Assembly (NCBI GenBank): GCA_965208835.1
Contig: OZ242358.1
Location: 1,152,001 to 1,216,000, forward strand
DNA length: 64,000 bases
Reading direction: 5' to 3'
Source of the DNA: Candidatus Latescibacterota bacterium
GTDB taxonomy: Bacteria; Latescibacterota; UBA2968; GCA-2709665
The notes under the pieces are model-generated. The model was not told where the DNA came from. It did no database searches and was given only the letters and a program-made list of their open reading frames with translations. Positions within the stretch are counted from its first letter, which is position 1. Each line of letters opens with the position of its first letter. The position numbers were made by a program, and so were the translations under genes. Positions 1 through 8,842 of the stretch are shown here, in pieces.

Positions 1-1166
1 AACCCGTCGGCCTTGGGTGCAAACGTCAATCCGGTTACGTTCGATCCACTCGCCACGCTGAAGAACGTCTGTGCGGACGTCATGTGATGCAGCATCACGT
101 GTCCGCCGGCGCTGCCCGTCAGAAACTGTTTGTCGCGCGCGGATGGCGCGATGGCGCTCACCGCCGCGCGATGCGAACGAAAGGCGTGGATCTTGCGAAA
201 TGACGCGAAGACACTGCTGTCGGGACCGCGTACCGGAAACCATGCGCTGACCTGACCGCCGGCGTCGCCCACAACCACCGATACGTCGCCAAGTACAAAC
301 GCGAGGGCCGTAATCGCCCGGTCCGAAGCACGAAAACGCTGTACGAGGGGCGGCGGCGCCTTGAGGTCCGTTATGTCCCAGCAATAAACTTCTCCGCGAT
401 CCGTGCCGGCCAGAAGAAGCCGACCGTTTCCGTCCACCAGCACGGCTGTTGGCCTGCCGTCGAGCTCAGCCGTCAGGTCGTAAGCATACGTCTCGAGTTT
501 CCCTCCGCCCAGCAGGGTCCTCTTTTGCGCCATCCCCACCACCAGCAGCCGTTCCGACGCCGTGATCCCCGCCGCGGTCGACCGACGCTCCCCGTCGTTT
601 CGATATGCAACCCGGGTGACGGGTTCACCTTCCGGGTCCAGCGCCACGTTAACCTGAATGTCCAACTCTGGCGTGACAAAACGTCTGCCTTCCGGGTAAG
701 TCACACGGTAGTTGACCTTAACCGCGACAACGCGACCGTCCGACATACCCAGGCCGAGGTATCCGTCCGTCAGCGATGGGCACACCGACACCACGCGGCG
801 ATCCTGAAAGATGTCGCCGCGTTCCCGACGAATGGTCTCACCCGTTGCCAGACGGATGAAATCGATCCCTTCCGGCCGCACCAGATACGCAACTTCGCGA
901 TATGGATCGGCGCCTGCTTCCAGCGGGCTTTGATCCTGACTGCCGTCCACGGTGTGGCTGCTCACGATCGTAGCAGGCGCCGGCGAGAGGAAGAGCGGAT
1001 AGGCTTCCCGCAACACAAATGCCAGTATGCCCAGCACAACCAGGATCACGCCCACACCACCCACGGCGATCATCCATCGGCCAACACGGTCCATTGTACG
1101 GGCCGCTTGCGTAATGCCCGGCAGGGTTCCGGACTTCTCTGCTTTTGTGTCATTCGGTTGCGCCAT
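1..1166 (-). CDS. pstC: Phosphate ABC transporter permease, long PstC-type with beta-propeller-like periplasmic region (partial, runs off window start)
   Basis: Not in ORF track. Manual translation from ATG at 1166 gives MAQPNDTKAEKSGTLPGITQAARTMDRVGRWMIAVGGVGVILVVLGILAFVLREAYPLF..., resembling the N-terminal TM helix of long PstC permeases. Lies directly downstream of pstS. Confidence 0.8.
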   Translation of the reverse strand, partial: MAQPNDTKAEKSGTLPGITQAARTMDRVGRWMIAVGGVGVILVVLGILAFVLREAYPLFLSPAPATIVSSHTVDGSQDQSPLEAGADPYREVAYLVRPEGIDFIRLATGETIRRERGDIFQDRRVVSVCPSLTDGYLGLGMSDGRVVAVKVNYRVTYPEGRRFVTPELDIQVNVALDPEGEPVTRVAYRNDGERRSTAAGITASERLLVVGMAQKRTLLGGGKLETYAYDLTAELDGRPTAVLVDGNGRLLLAGTDRGEVYCWDITDLKAPPPLVQRFRASDRAITALAFVLGDVSVVVGDAGGQVSAWFPVRGPDSSVFASFRKIHAFRSHRAAVSAIAPSARDKQFLTGSAGGHVMLHHMTSAQTFFSVASGSNVTGLTFAPKADG

Positions 1167-1219
1167 TCGCCAAACCCTGAATTGACCCTTCGAGAACGAA
1201 GGAGCCGTTCACCCGCACA

Positions 1220-2197
1220 CTACATGCCGTCCGCTTCGAGCTTCGCCAGTTCTTCTTCTGCGACTTCAAATGGTACCGGCATGTAACCATCCTTGATTGC
1301 GACTTCCTGACCCTCTTTCGAAAAAATGTACCTGCAGAACTCTCGCACCATTGGGTCGAGCGGCCTGCCAGGTGCCTTGTTAATGTAGATAAACAAAAAC
1401 CGGCCGAGCGGATAGGTGCCGTCGAGGACATTCTCCATGCTGGCGTCACTGTATCCATCCGAGGGATCATCCGCGAGAGGTACCACACGCACGTCCGACG
1501 TCCTGTATCCGATTCCGCTGTAACCGATTCCGAACCGGTCTTCCGCGACTCCCTGCACGACGGAAGCCGATCCGGGCTGTTCCTTGACCTCATCCTTGAA
1601 ATCGCCCTTGGAAAGGGCGTTCTTCTTGAAGAAACCATACGTGCCGGACGCAGAATTCCGACCGTACATGCTGATCAGCGCCATTGCGTGATCGCCGGTC
1701 CAACCCGCTTCACTCCAACGTTGTATGTCGTCCGGATGCCCTCGTCGGCGTGTCTTCGAAAAAATCGCATCCACCTGCTGCAGTGTCAATCCTCTAACGG
1801 GATTGTCCTTGTTGACGAAGACCGCCAGGGCATCGAGCGCAGTCCGCAACGGCGTGGGCGGGTACCCGAACGCCTGCTCGAACTTGTCCACCTCCGTGGC
1901 CTTCATCGCGCGTGACATCGGCCCGAACTGCGCAGTGCCTTCGATCAGCGCGGGCGGCGCCGTACTGGACCCCTTGCCTTCAATCTGGACGTTCACGGCC
2001 GGATAGTACTTGCGAAAGCCCTCAAGCCACAGCGCCATCAGGTTGTTCATGGTATCCGATCCGATGCTGCTGGCGCTACCCGAAATTCCTCGCACTTTCG
2101 TGTAAGCCGGAATTCGCGGATCGACCTCAAGCGTCTGTGCCTGGGCCGGAACCACGGTGACAATCAGCGAAATTACAACGACAATAGTACGCATCAT
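1220..2197 (-). CDS. pstS: Phosphate ABC transporter substrate-binding protein
   Basis: Signal peptide; motifs IGSDTMNNLM, EGKGSSTAPPAL, GRNSASGTYGFF, YPLGRFLFIY typical of PstS. Confidence 0.95.
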   Translation of the reverse strand: MMRTIVVVISLIVTVVPAQAQTLEVDPRIPAYTKVRGISGSASSIGSDTMNNLMALWLEGFRKYYPAVNVQIEGKGSSTAPPALIEGTAQFGPMSRAMKATEVDKFEQAFGYPPTPLRTALDALAVFVNKDNPVRGLTLQQVDAIFSKTRRRGHPDDIQRWSEAGWTGDHAMALISMYGRNSASGTYGFFKKNALSKGDFKDEVKEQPGSASVVQGVAEDRFGIGYSGIGYRTSDVRVVPLADDPSDGYSDASMENVLDGTYPLGRFLFIYINKAPGRPLDPMVREFCRYIFSKEGQEVAIKDGYMPVPFEVAEEELAKLEADGM

Positions 2198-2377
2198 CCC
2201 TTCTGTGCCTCCCGATTATGCAGGTTCTTCGTCGGATTGAATACGAACGATCGATTTATATGGCGAATGTTACAATCTCTCTTCAACAACGCAGGAAATC
2301 GCAAAACACCGGCAGAGGCGCATCGAACAATGGTCATAACGAACGGGCGGAACAGGCATGAAGGGGTTCATGTGCTA

Positions 2378-3352
2378 TTAGAATCTGTAGCACACCGTCA
2401 TCCGGGGAATCACTTCGGTATCTGCGTCCGAGGACCGGTTTATCGTCGCCACCACATTGGGCATGATGTGGATGTTCCTGGCAGGCACGACGTCGACTCC
2501 GCCAATAATCATGTACTCCTCGTCCTGCTCCGTGCTCCGGTTTGGATCGAAAAAGTCCAGGCGCCCGAATACATCGACCCCGGGTTTCACGTTGACGGCG
2601 CCGAAGGCGGAGACGCCTCGAATCTGTAAGTCGTCGCCTGCCAGCGCTTTTCTATTATTTCGGACGAATCCCTCTAAACCGAAACGGATGTTCTCGACGG
2701 ACGTACCCAGCATCCCGGCTAATGTGACGCGGTCTTTTCCTCCGGGTTTGCCTTCCCAGTCGAAGTAGACCGTGGCTTCAACGATGTCCGCGGGTTTCAG
2801 ATGAAGCAGGGAGTACACTTTCTTTCCGTTGTCCGCCTCCGGACGCTGGCCGCTGCCGTTTCCGAACATCAGATGGGCGTTCACTCTGCCTGCACCGTCC
2901 AACTTGCCCTTGAATCCAACTCCGATGTCCGCGGAAGAACCGATCTTGCGCTTGTCCATGATTGTCTTTTCGATTGATCGGTAACCCCATATTCGCTCGG
3001 AAACATTCCAGGTGGGCGTGCCGAACAGCCCCATATATACCGTCCGTCCGTTTGAACGGTATCGCAAATAACCGTGTTTCACGAACGGCCTCATCTTGTC
3101 CTCGCCGCCAAATCCCGCATCGTTTGCTTCGTAGCGCACCCGTCCGGACCAGCGGTCATTCCATTTGAGGTCGTAGGTCAGATAGATCCTTCGGAATTTG
3201 AAACCGTTTTCGTTCTTGTCCGTTCCGGCGACAACGAAATAATAATCGCCGAAGGCAACCCCTTTAATTTTGCCTTCGGCGCCCTCCAAAGACCCGAAAA
3301 GACCCAGACTCAACAACGCGGCGATTCCCAGGACAATCACCTTCATCGGCAT
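2378..3352 (-). CDS. Outer-membrane beta-barrel porin, probably phosphate-selective (OprO/OprP-like)
   Basis: Signal peptide, FKFRRIYLTY motif, alternating amphipathic strands, C-terminal aromatic beta-signal (CYRF); first gene downstream of the Pho-box repeats. Confidence 0.7.
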   Translation of the reverse strand: MPMKVIVLGIAALLSLGLFGSLEGAEGKIKGVAFGDYYFVVAGTDKNENGFKFRRIYLTYDLKWNDRWSGRVRYEANDAGFGGEDKMRPFVKHGYLRYRSNGRTVYMGLFGTPTWNVSERIWGYRSIEKTIMDKRKIGSSADIGVGFKGKLDGAGRVNAHLMFGNGSGQRPEADNGKKVYSLLHLKPADIVEATVYFDWEGKPGGKDRVTLAGMLGTSVENIRFGLEGFVRNNRKALAGDDLQIRGVSAFGAVNVKPGVDVFGRLDFFDPNRSTEQDEEYMIIGGVDVVPARNIHIMPNVVATINRSSDADTEVIPRMTVCYRF

Positions 3353-3519
3353 AGCTCCTCCCCGTATTGGCGGCTAATCGGCCCGGACTTCCTTCCAGGC
3401 GGTACTTGCGTTTTCCCAGATTTCTCGCACCGACGCGGCGACTCGACTGCCAGGGCTGGAGCGCGGTTCCGTCGACGTCGGGATAATTAAATTTGAATGT
3501 ATCAATTCAGGTTGGTCCA

Positions 3520-3573
3520 AATATGCGGCCCTTCAGTTACGAAATGGTCACTCTTGTGTTACAAAATGGTTAC
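3520..3573 (-). promoter_or_regulatory. Four tandem Pho-box-like repeats plus -10 element driving porin-pstS-pstC
   Basis: GTTAC/GTCAC/GTTAC/GTTAC at 3536, 3547, 3558, 3569 (exact 11-bp period; GTAAC/GTGAC on minus strand). Minus-strand CATATT (3525-3520) lies 10 nt beyond the last repeat, the geometry known for PhoB-activated promoters. Confidence 0.8.
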
Positions 3574-3871
3574 GATGTCGGGTCCTGGCGTCCCGCGGTG
3601 GAACCGCGCTGCGTTTCTGCGCCGGTTCATCCCATCTGGCGCCGTTGCGGAGGGATATCACTTCAGCGCGCCGTCGGTCTTTCTTGTCTTTTGCATCGGT
3701 TCAACGTATTCTTATACCAACAACTTATGCTCGATTTGGGATTGGCGTACGCCACCTTTCTCCGTCAACGGGGCGGTAGAGCGGGTGAAAGCGGAATCGT
3801 CGTTGGGCTTCACGAATTGAAACAGCTGTCCGGAGCGTACATCCCGGGCGAGCTCTGATGGATAACCAGGT

Positions 3872-5407
3872 ATGAAAAGCAAGGTATGTACACTGCGTCT
3901 GCCGGCATCGGTCAATCCACGCAGCGTATGGAACGAGGCCGTCGGCTCCCATTCCTGCGAACCGATGGACGACACAGTGCACGTCCAGACCTTTTTCGAC
4001 ACCTTCGACTGGCGCCTCTTCAACAGGAACCTGGTACTGTTACATGAAAACGACCGTTACCTTCTCTACAGCCTGCCGGACCGTGAAACCGTCGCATCGC
4101 TCAGCCTGCCGCGCGGAACCGGACCGGTATACAGCACGGATTTTCCCGAGGGACCACTGAAGGAAATCCTTCGGGCGCATTTGAGCGTACGGGCGCTCTT
4201 GCCACTCGCGCGCGCAAGAACCCGCAGGCAGACCGTGCGCGTTCTGAACCGGAACGAAAAAACCGTTGTTGTCGCAAGGCTCGAACAGGCCAGGGTGGCG
4301 GACGCCGCGCGTAACGGACAACCGCTCAATACGGTGGCGCTGCGGCCGGTCCGTGGATATGAGAAACATCTGCGACGGCTGAACCGGTCCCTGCGTGACG
4401 CCGGCGCGGAACCCCAGACCGAAGACCTGTTCCACGCAGCCACGCGGGCGGCCGGCAGGAAACCGGGAGACTATACCTCGAAACTTACTATCGTGCTGGA
4501 GCCCGACCTGAACGGCGCAGAGGCCGCGAGGCGGATTCTGGGGCACCTATTAAGGACGATCAGGCGCAACGAAGCGGGCATTAAGGAGGACATCGATACC
4601 GAATTCCTTCACGATTTCAGGGTGGGCATCCGGCGTACCCGATCGGCGCTCAGCCAGATCAAATCCGTTCTTCCGGAAGTCCCCCTCGGCCGCTTCCGCA
4701 AGGACTTTACATATCTAGGAAAACTCACCAACCGCCTTCGCGATCTGGACGTCGCCCTTCTCAAACAGGAGACGTACCGGTCTCTTCTGCCTGGATATCT
4801 GCGCTCACGGCTGGATCCGCTATTCGAATCCCTGCGGGCGGAACGTACGGAAGAACATCGTCGGCTGGTCGCCGCCCTGGACGGCGCCCGGTACCGGAAA
4901 ATCGCCGCGGACTGGGAGGCGTTTCTGAAAGGCCGGCGGGAGTCCGTTTCGCCGGACAATGCGGAAGCACCTGCGAAAGGGCTGGCGCAGAGGTTTATTG
5001 GCAAGAGATACGGTCGCGTGATCGAACTGGGAGCCGCGATTGATGCGTCCACGCCGGACGCCGACCTGCACCGGCTTCGGATCGAGTGCAAGAAACTGCG
5101 ATACCTCCTCGAGTTTTTCTCGTCGCTTTTTCCTGCTGAAGAGATCCGCATGATTGTCGACCACCTCAAGAGCCTGCAGGACAACCTGGGCGACTTTAAC
5201 GACGCTTCCGTTCAACAGGCCGACCTGAAAAAATACCTGCGTGCGTTGCCCTCGGAAAAAACTCATCCGGAAACCTTCGCCGCCATCGGCGGGCTCATCG
5301 GCTGCCTTTACCGCGAGCAGCAAAACGTCCGAGCGGCGTTTTCGAAGACCTTCGCGGAGTTCAACCGGGCGGAGGTTGCCGCCACGTTCCGACGCCTGTT
5401 CGCCTGA
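3872..5407 (+). CDS. CHAD-domain polyphosphate-binding protein with CYTH-like N-terminal region
   Basis: CHAD motifs EFLHDFRVGIRRTRSAL, LRDLDV, LHRLRIECKKLRYLLE, LQDNLGDFND; N-terminal FFDTFDWRL. Confidence 0.9.
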   Translation: MKSKVCTLRLPASVNPRSVWNEAVGSHSCEPMDDTVHVQTFFDTFDWRLFNRNLVLLHENDRYLLYSLPDRETVASLSLPRGTGPVYSTDFPEGPLKEILRAHLSVRALLPLARARTRRQTVRVLNRNEKTVVVARLEQARVADAARNGQPLNTVALRPVRGYEKHLRRLNRSLRDAGAEPQTEDLFHAATRAAGRKPGDYTSKLTIVLEPDLNGAEAARRILGHLLRTIRRNEAGIKEDIDTEFLHDFRVGIRRTRSALSQIKSVLPEVPLGRFRKDFTYLGKLTNRLRDLDVALLKQETYRSLLPGYLRSRLDPLFESLRAERTEEHRRLVAALDGARYRKIAADWEAFLKGRRESVSPDNAEAPAKGLAQRFIGKRYGRVIELGAAIDASTPDADLHRLRIECKKLRYLLEFFSSLFPAEEIRMIVDHLKSLQDNLGDFNDASVQQADLKKYLRALPSEKTHPETFAAIGGLIGCLYREQQNVRAAFSKTFAEFNRAEVAATFRRLFA

Positions 5408-5421
5408 CGGGAGAAAGCCAA

Positions 5422-5612
5422 CCTGGATTCGTCGTTTTTTGGTGACACAAAACCGTATATACGCCAGTATATAAACACGATTTGACTTCGGATTACCAGG
5501 ATACTTCAGGTCACTGGACGCGAACTGCAAAAACGTCGTTTCGGACGACCTTTATGCCCCGTTTCGGGAGTCTTCGTCGCGTCACCGCGTTGCTGTCTTT
5601 TTTGAATTGGGG
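5422..5612 (+). mobile_element. ~191-bp repeat element family D, copy 1 (MITE-like, or structured leader)
   Basis: Homologous to 34479-34670 and 38861-39051. Ends CCTGGATTC...GAATTGGGG; conserved core CGGATTACCAGGATAC..CAGGTCACTGGACG. Confidence 0.75.
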
Positions 5613-5620
5613 CTGATTTC

Positions 5621-6370
5621 ATGGCAACAGTCGCCCTTTACAACATCAAGGGCGGGGTGGGGAAGACCGCTGCGGCGGTAAACCTGGCCTACCTCGCCGC
5701 GCGCGATGGCGCACAGACCATTCTGTTTGATCTGGATCCCCAGGGATCGGCGGCGTTCTACTTTCGCATCAAACCCTCAAGAAAACTCCCCGGGCGAAAA
5801 TTTCTTCGCGGGGGGCGAAGGATAGAGAAACGCATACGCGGTACCGACTACGAAAACCTGGACCTGCTTCCGTCAAACCTGTCGTTCAGAAACCTGGACA
5901 CGACGCTGAGTAAGCTCAAGGGCTCCCCAAAGCGGCTCCGTCGTATACTGAAACCCTATCGCAAGACATACGACTTCATCTTTCTCGACTGTCCCCCGGG
6001 CATCGGCCTGGTGTCGGAAAACATGCTCTTTGCATCCGACATCGTGCTGGTGCCCTGTATTCCAACCACGTTATCCATGCGTACCTATGACCAGCTGGTG
6101 CGGTTCTTCGGATCCAAAGGCCGGGACGTCTCCCGGATCTACCCGTTCTTCGCCATGGTCGAAAAACGGAAACGAATGCACAGCGAACATCTGGCTGCCG
6201 GGAGGGAACGGGAACACCGATTTCTGGATACGCAGATTCCCTACGCATCGGAAGTCGAAAAAATGGGCATCCGCCGGGAACCGGTTCCATGTTTCGCTCC
6301 GGGCTCGCCTGCCGCGAACGCGTATCAGGATCTCTGGCTTGAACTGAAGGCGATCGTGCAGAGCTGCTGA
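5621..6370 (+). CDS. Orphan ParA/MinD-family ATPase
   Basis: Deviant Walker A KGGVGKT, DLDPQG, Walker B FIFLDCPP; no parB adjacent. Confidence 0.9.
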   Translation: MATVALYNIKGGVGKTAAAVNLAYLAARDGAQTILFDLDPQGSAAFYFRIKPSRKLPGRKFLRGGRRIEKRIRGTDYENLDLLPSNLSFRNLDTTLSKLKGSPKRLRRILKPYRKTYDFIFLDCPPGIGLVSENMLFASDIVLVPCIPTTLSMRTYDQLVRFFGSKGRDVSRIYPFFAMVEKRKRMHSEHLAAGREREHRFLDTQIPYASEVEKMGIRREPVPCFAPGSPAANAYQDLWLELKAIVQSC

Positions 6371-6507
6371 AAGGCGCCTGCGAAATTCGTCAAACCCCCG
6401 AGCAACAATGACTTGCAAGCGCGATTCCGATTGACTGAGGCATTGTGTTGGCTTATCTTGGCGCTTTCCGGATGTCCATGGCGTAGCTCAACCACGAGAA
6501 TCGCAGT

Positions 6508-8619
6508 ATGAAACTGGACGATCCAAAACTGTATACCAACCGGGAAATTTCCTGGCTTCGTTTTAATGAACGAGTGCTCGAGGAAGCCCGGGACCCGAGG
6601 AATCCTCTGCTGGAGAGGGTGAAATTCCTCGCCATCGTGGCAAACAACCTGGACGAGTTCTTCGAGATCCGCGTTGCAGGATTGCTGCAGCAGATGGAAG
6701 CCGGGGTTCCCGATGCCGGTCCCGACGGGCTGTTGCCCGAAGAGCTGTACGAAGCCGTTTCCACTGAAGCCCACCGGATGGTCGGTGAACAATATGCCTG
6801 CTGGAACGACGAGCTGTTGCCCGCGCTGAAAGAGGCCGATGTGCATATCCGTTCGTTGCAGGAACTCAATGCCGCTGAACAGGAATTCATCCGGGACTAC
6901 TGGCTGGATGAACTGCATCCGGTCATCACGCCCCTCACCGTCAACCCGGCCCATCCTTTTCCACGCGTGGTGAACAAGTCGCTTTGCCTGGCCGTATCGC
7001 TCAAGGACAGCGAGGGCGACACCCTGTTCGGGGTCGTTACGGTTCCGCGCGTGCTGCCCCGTCTCATCCGTCTGCCCAGAGAAGACGAGGTCCGGCGCGT
7101 GGATTACGTGTTTCTGGCGGACCTCGTACGCGCGCACATCCCCGAGCTTTACCGCGGTTATGAGATACTGGGCACTGCCGCGTTTCGTATCACGCGCAAC
7201 AGCGACCTCTACCTCGATGAAGAAGAAGCCGACGACCTTCTCCTGGCCATCGAAGATGAACTCAAACGCAGACGCAAGGGCGATACGGTACGGCTGGAAA
7301 TCGACGCGGCGGCGCCTAAACAGATCGAACGGAGGCTGCGGGCGATTTATCATCTTCGCGAAAAACAGGTCTACCGCGTCAACGGACCGGTCAATCTCAA
7401 TCGCCTGATGATGCTCTATGCGGCCACGAGACGTCCGGACCTGAAGGATGCGCCGTACCATCCGGCGGAATACCCCTTCGCCGAAGATCTCGACCAGCTC
7501 TTCGCCGAGATCCGGCAACGGGACATCCTGCTGCACCATCCATACGACTCGTTTTATCCGGTCGTTCAGTTTATTCAGTCCGCCGCGCGGGACCCGGACG
7601 TATTGGCCATTAAACAGACTCTTTATCGTACGACCGAAGACTCTCCCATTATGGATGCGCTGCTCAAAGCTGCGGAGGCGGGCAAAGAGGTTACCGTAAT
7701 TGTGGAACTCAAGGCCCGGTTCGACGAGGCTTCCAATATCCGATGGGCTCGGCAGCTGCAGGATGCCGGCGTATACGTCGCGTACGGCGTGGTCGGCCTA
7801 AAAACGCACTGCAAGCTCTCCATGCTGGTCCGTCGTGAGTCGGATGGTCTTCGCCGGTACGCCCACATCGGTACGGGCAACTACAACGCTACGACGGCGC
7901 GGATATATACGGATCTGGGTCTGATGACTGCCAGGGAAGACATCACCAGCGACGTGGCCGAGGTATTCAACCTGCTCACCACCCAATCTGAACGACCTGA
8001 AGTCAGGAAGCTGCTTGTCGCGCCATTCAATATGATGGATTCCATTCTGGCCAAAATCGATCGGGAGATTGAACACGCCAGGGCCGGACGACCCGCCCGC
8101 ATCGTCTGCAAAATGAACTCGCTTCAGGATGCAAGGGTCGCGCGAGCGCTCTACAAGGCTTCCCAGAATGGCGTTGACGTCGACCTGATCGTCCGTGGGA
8201 TTTGCTGTATTCGTCCCGGCATTCCCGGTATCAGCGATCGCATTCGCGTAAGAAGCATCGTCGGGCGTTATCTCGAGCACAGCCGCATTTACATGTTCGA
8301 AAACGGATCCAAGCCCGAGATATATACCGGGAGCGCGGACTGGATGCCTCGCAATCTCCGGCGACGTGTGGAAATCCTCTGCCCCATCGAAGATCCGGTA
8401 CTCATCCGGAAGATTCAGTCCTGGATTCTCTCCCCGTGCCTGGCGGATAATATCAAAGCGCGTGAAGTTCTGCCGGACGGCGACCATCGCCGCGTGGAAA
8501 CCACGAACGGACGGACACCCATTTCGTCACAGGAGATTCTGATGGGGCTGGCCAGAGGAGAACAGTTCGAGATTCCGGACTTCTTCGCCGCCAACGGGCC
8601 GGCCCAAACCTCCGCTTGA
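6508..8619 (+). CDS. ppk1: Polyphosphate kinase 1
   Basis: NREISWLRFNERVL, NLDEFFEIRVAG, LLHHPYDSF, IKQTLYRT, LKTHCK (phospho-His), GTGNYN, GRYLEHSR, GSADWMPRNL. Confidence 0.98.
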   Translation: MKLDDPKLYTNREISWLRFNERVLEEARDPRNPLLERVKFLAIVANNLDEFFEIRVAGLLQQMEAGVPDAGPDGLLPEELYEAVSTEAHRMVGEQYACWNDELLPALKEADVHIRSLQELNAAEQEFIRDYWLDELHPVITPLTVNPAHPFPRVVNKSLCLAVSLKDSEGDTLFGVVTVPRVLPRLIRLPREDEVRRVDYVFLADLVRAHIPELYRGYEILGTAAFRITRNSDLYLDEEEADDLLLAIEDELKRRRKGDTVRLEIDAAAPKQIERRLRAIYHLREKQVYRVNGPVNLNRLMMLYAATRRPDLKDAPYHPAEYPFAEDLDQLFAEIRQRDILLHHPYDSFYPVVQFIQSAARDPDVLAIKQTLYRTTEDSPIMDALLKAAEAGKEVTVIVELKARFDEASNIRWARQLQDAGVYVAYGVVGLKTHCKLSMLVRRESDGLRRYAHIGTGNYNATTARIYTDLGLMTAREDITSDVAEVFNLLTTQSERPEVRKLLVAPFNMMDSILAKIDREIEHARAGRPARIVCKMNSLQDARVARALYKASQNGVDVDLIVRGICCIRPGIPGISDRIRVRSIVGRYLEHSRIYMFENGSKPEIYTGSADWMPRNLRRRVEILCPIEDPVLIRKIQSWILSPCLADNIKAREVLPDGDHRRVETTNGRTPISSQEILMGLARGEQFEIPDFFAANGPAQTSA

Positions 8620-8622
8620 TAC

Positions 8623-8660
8623 AAAAAAAGACGGGGGACGCTTTTGCGATCCCCCGTCTT
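8623..8660. terminator. Intrinsic terminator between convergent ppk1 and phoR (probably bidirectional)
   Basis: A-run followed by AAGACGGGGGA...TCCCCCGTCTT stem. Confidence 0.75.
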
Positions 8661-8680
8661 CATTTCGTTCGCTCTGTTAA

Positions 8681-8842
8681 GAAGCTGTCTTAAAATCCCC
8701 AGCGGTCTTCGCGCGGCTGCAAAAGCGCCGGTCGGCGTTGGTCAAATCCACCCGTATAGGCAAATAGGGGCGGATTTTCCCGCCTTGACCGCCAATTTTT
8801 CGCTCGCGCTCGGGAACTCACCGGTAATTTTAAAACAGCTTC
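8681..8842. mobile_element. MITE family A, copy 1 (162 bp)
   Basis: TIRs GAAGCTGTCTTAAAAT / ATTTTAAAACAGCTTC, flanked by TAA on both sides (8678-8680, 8843-8845). Sits at the phoR stop codon; near-identical to 11742-11927. Confidence 0.85.
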
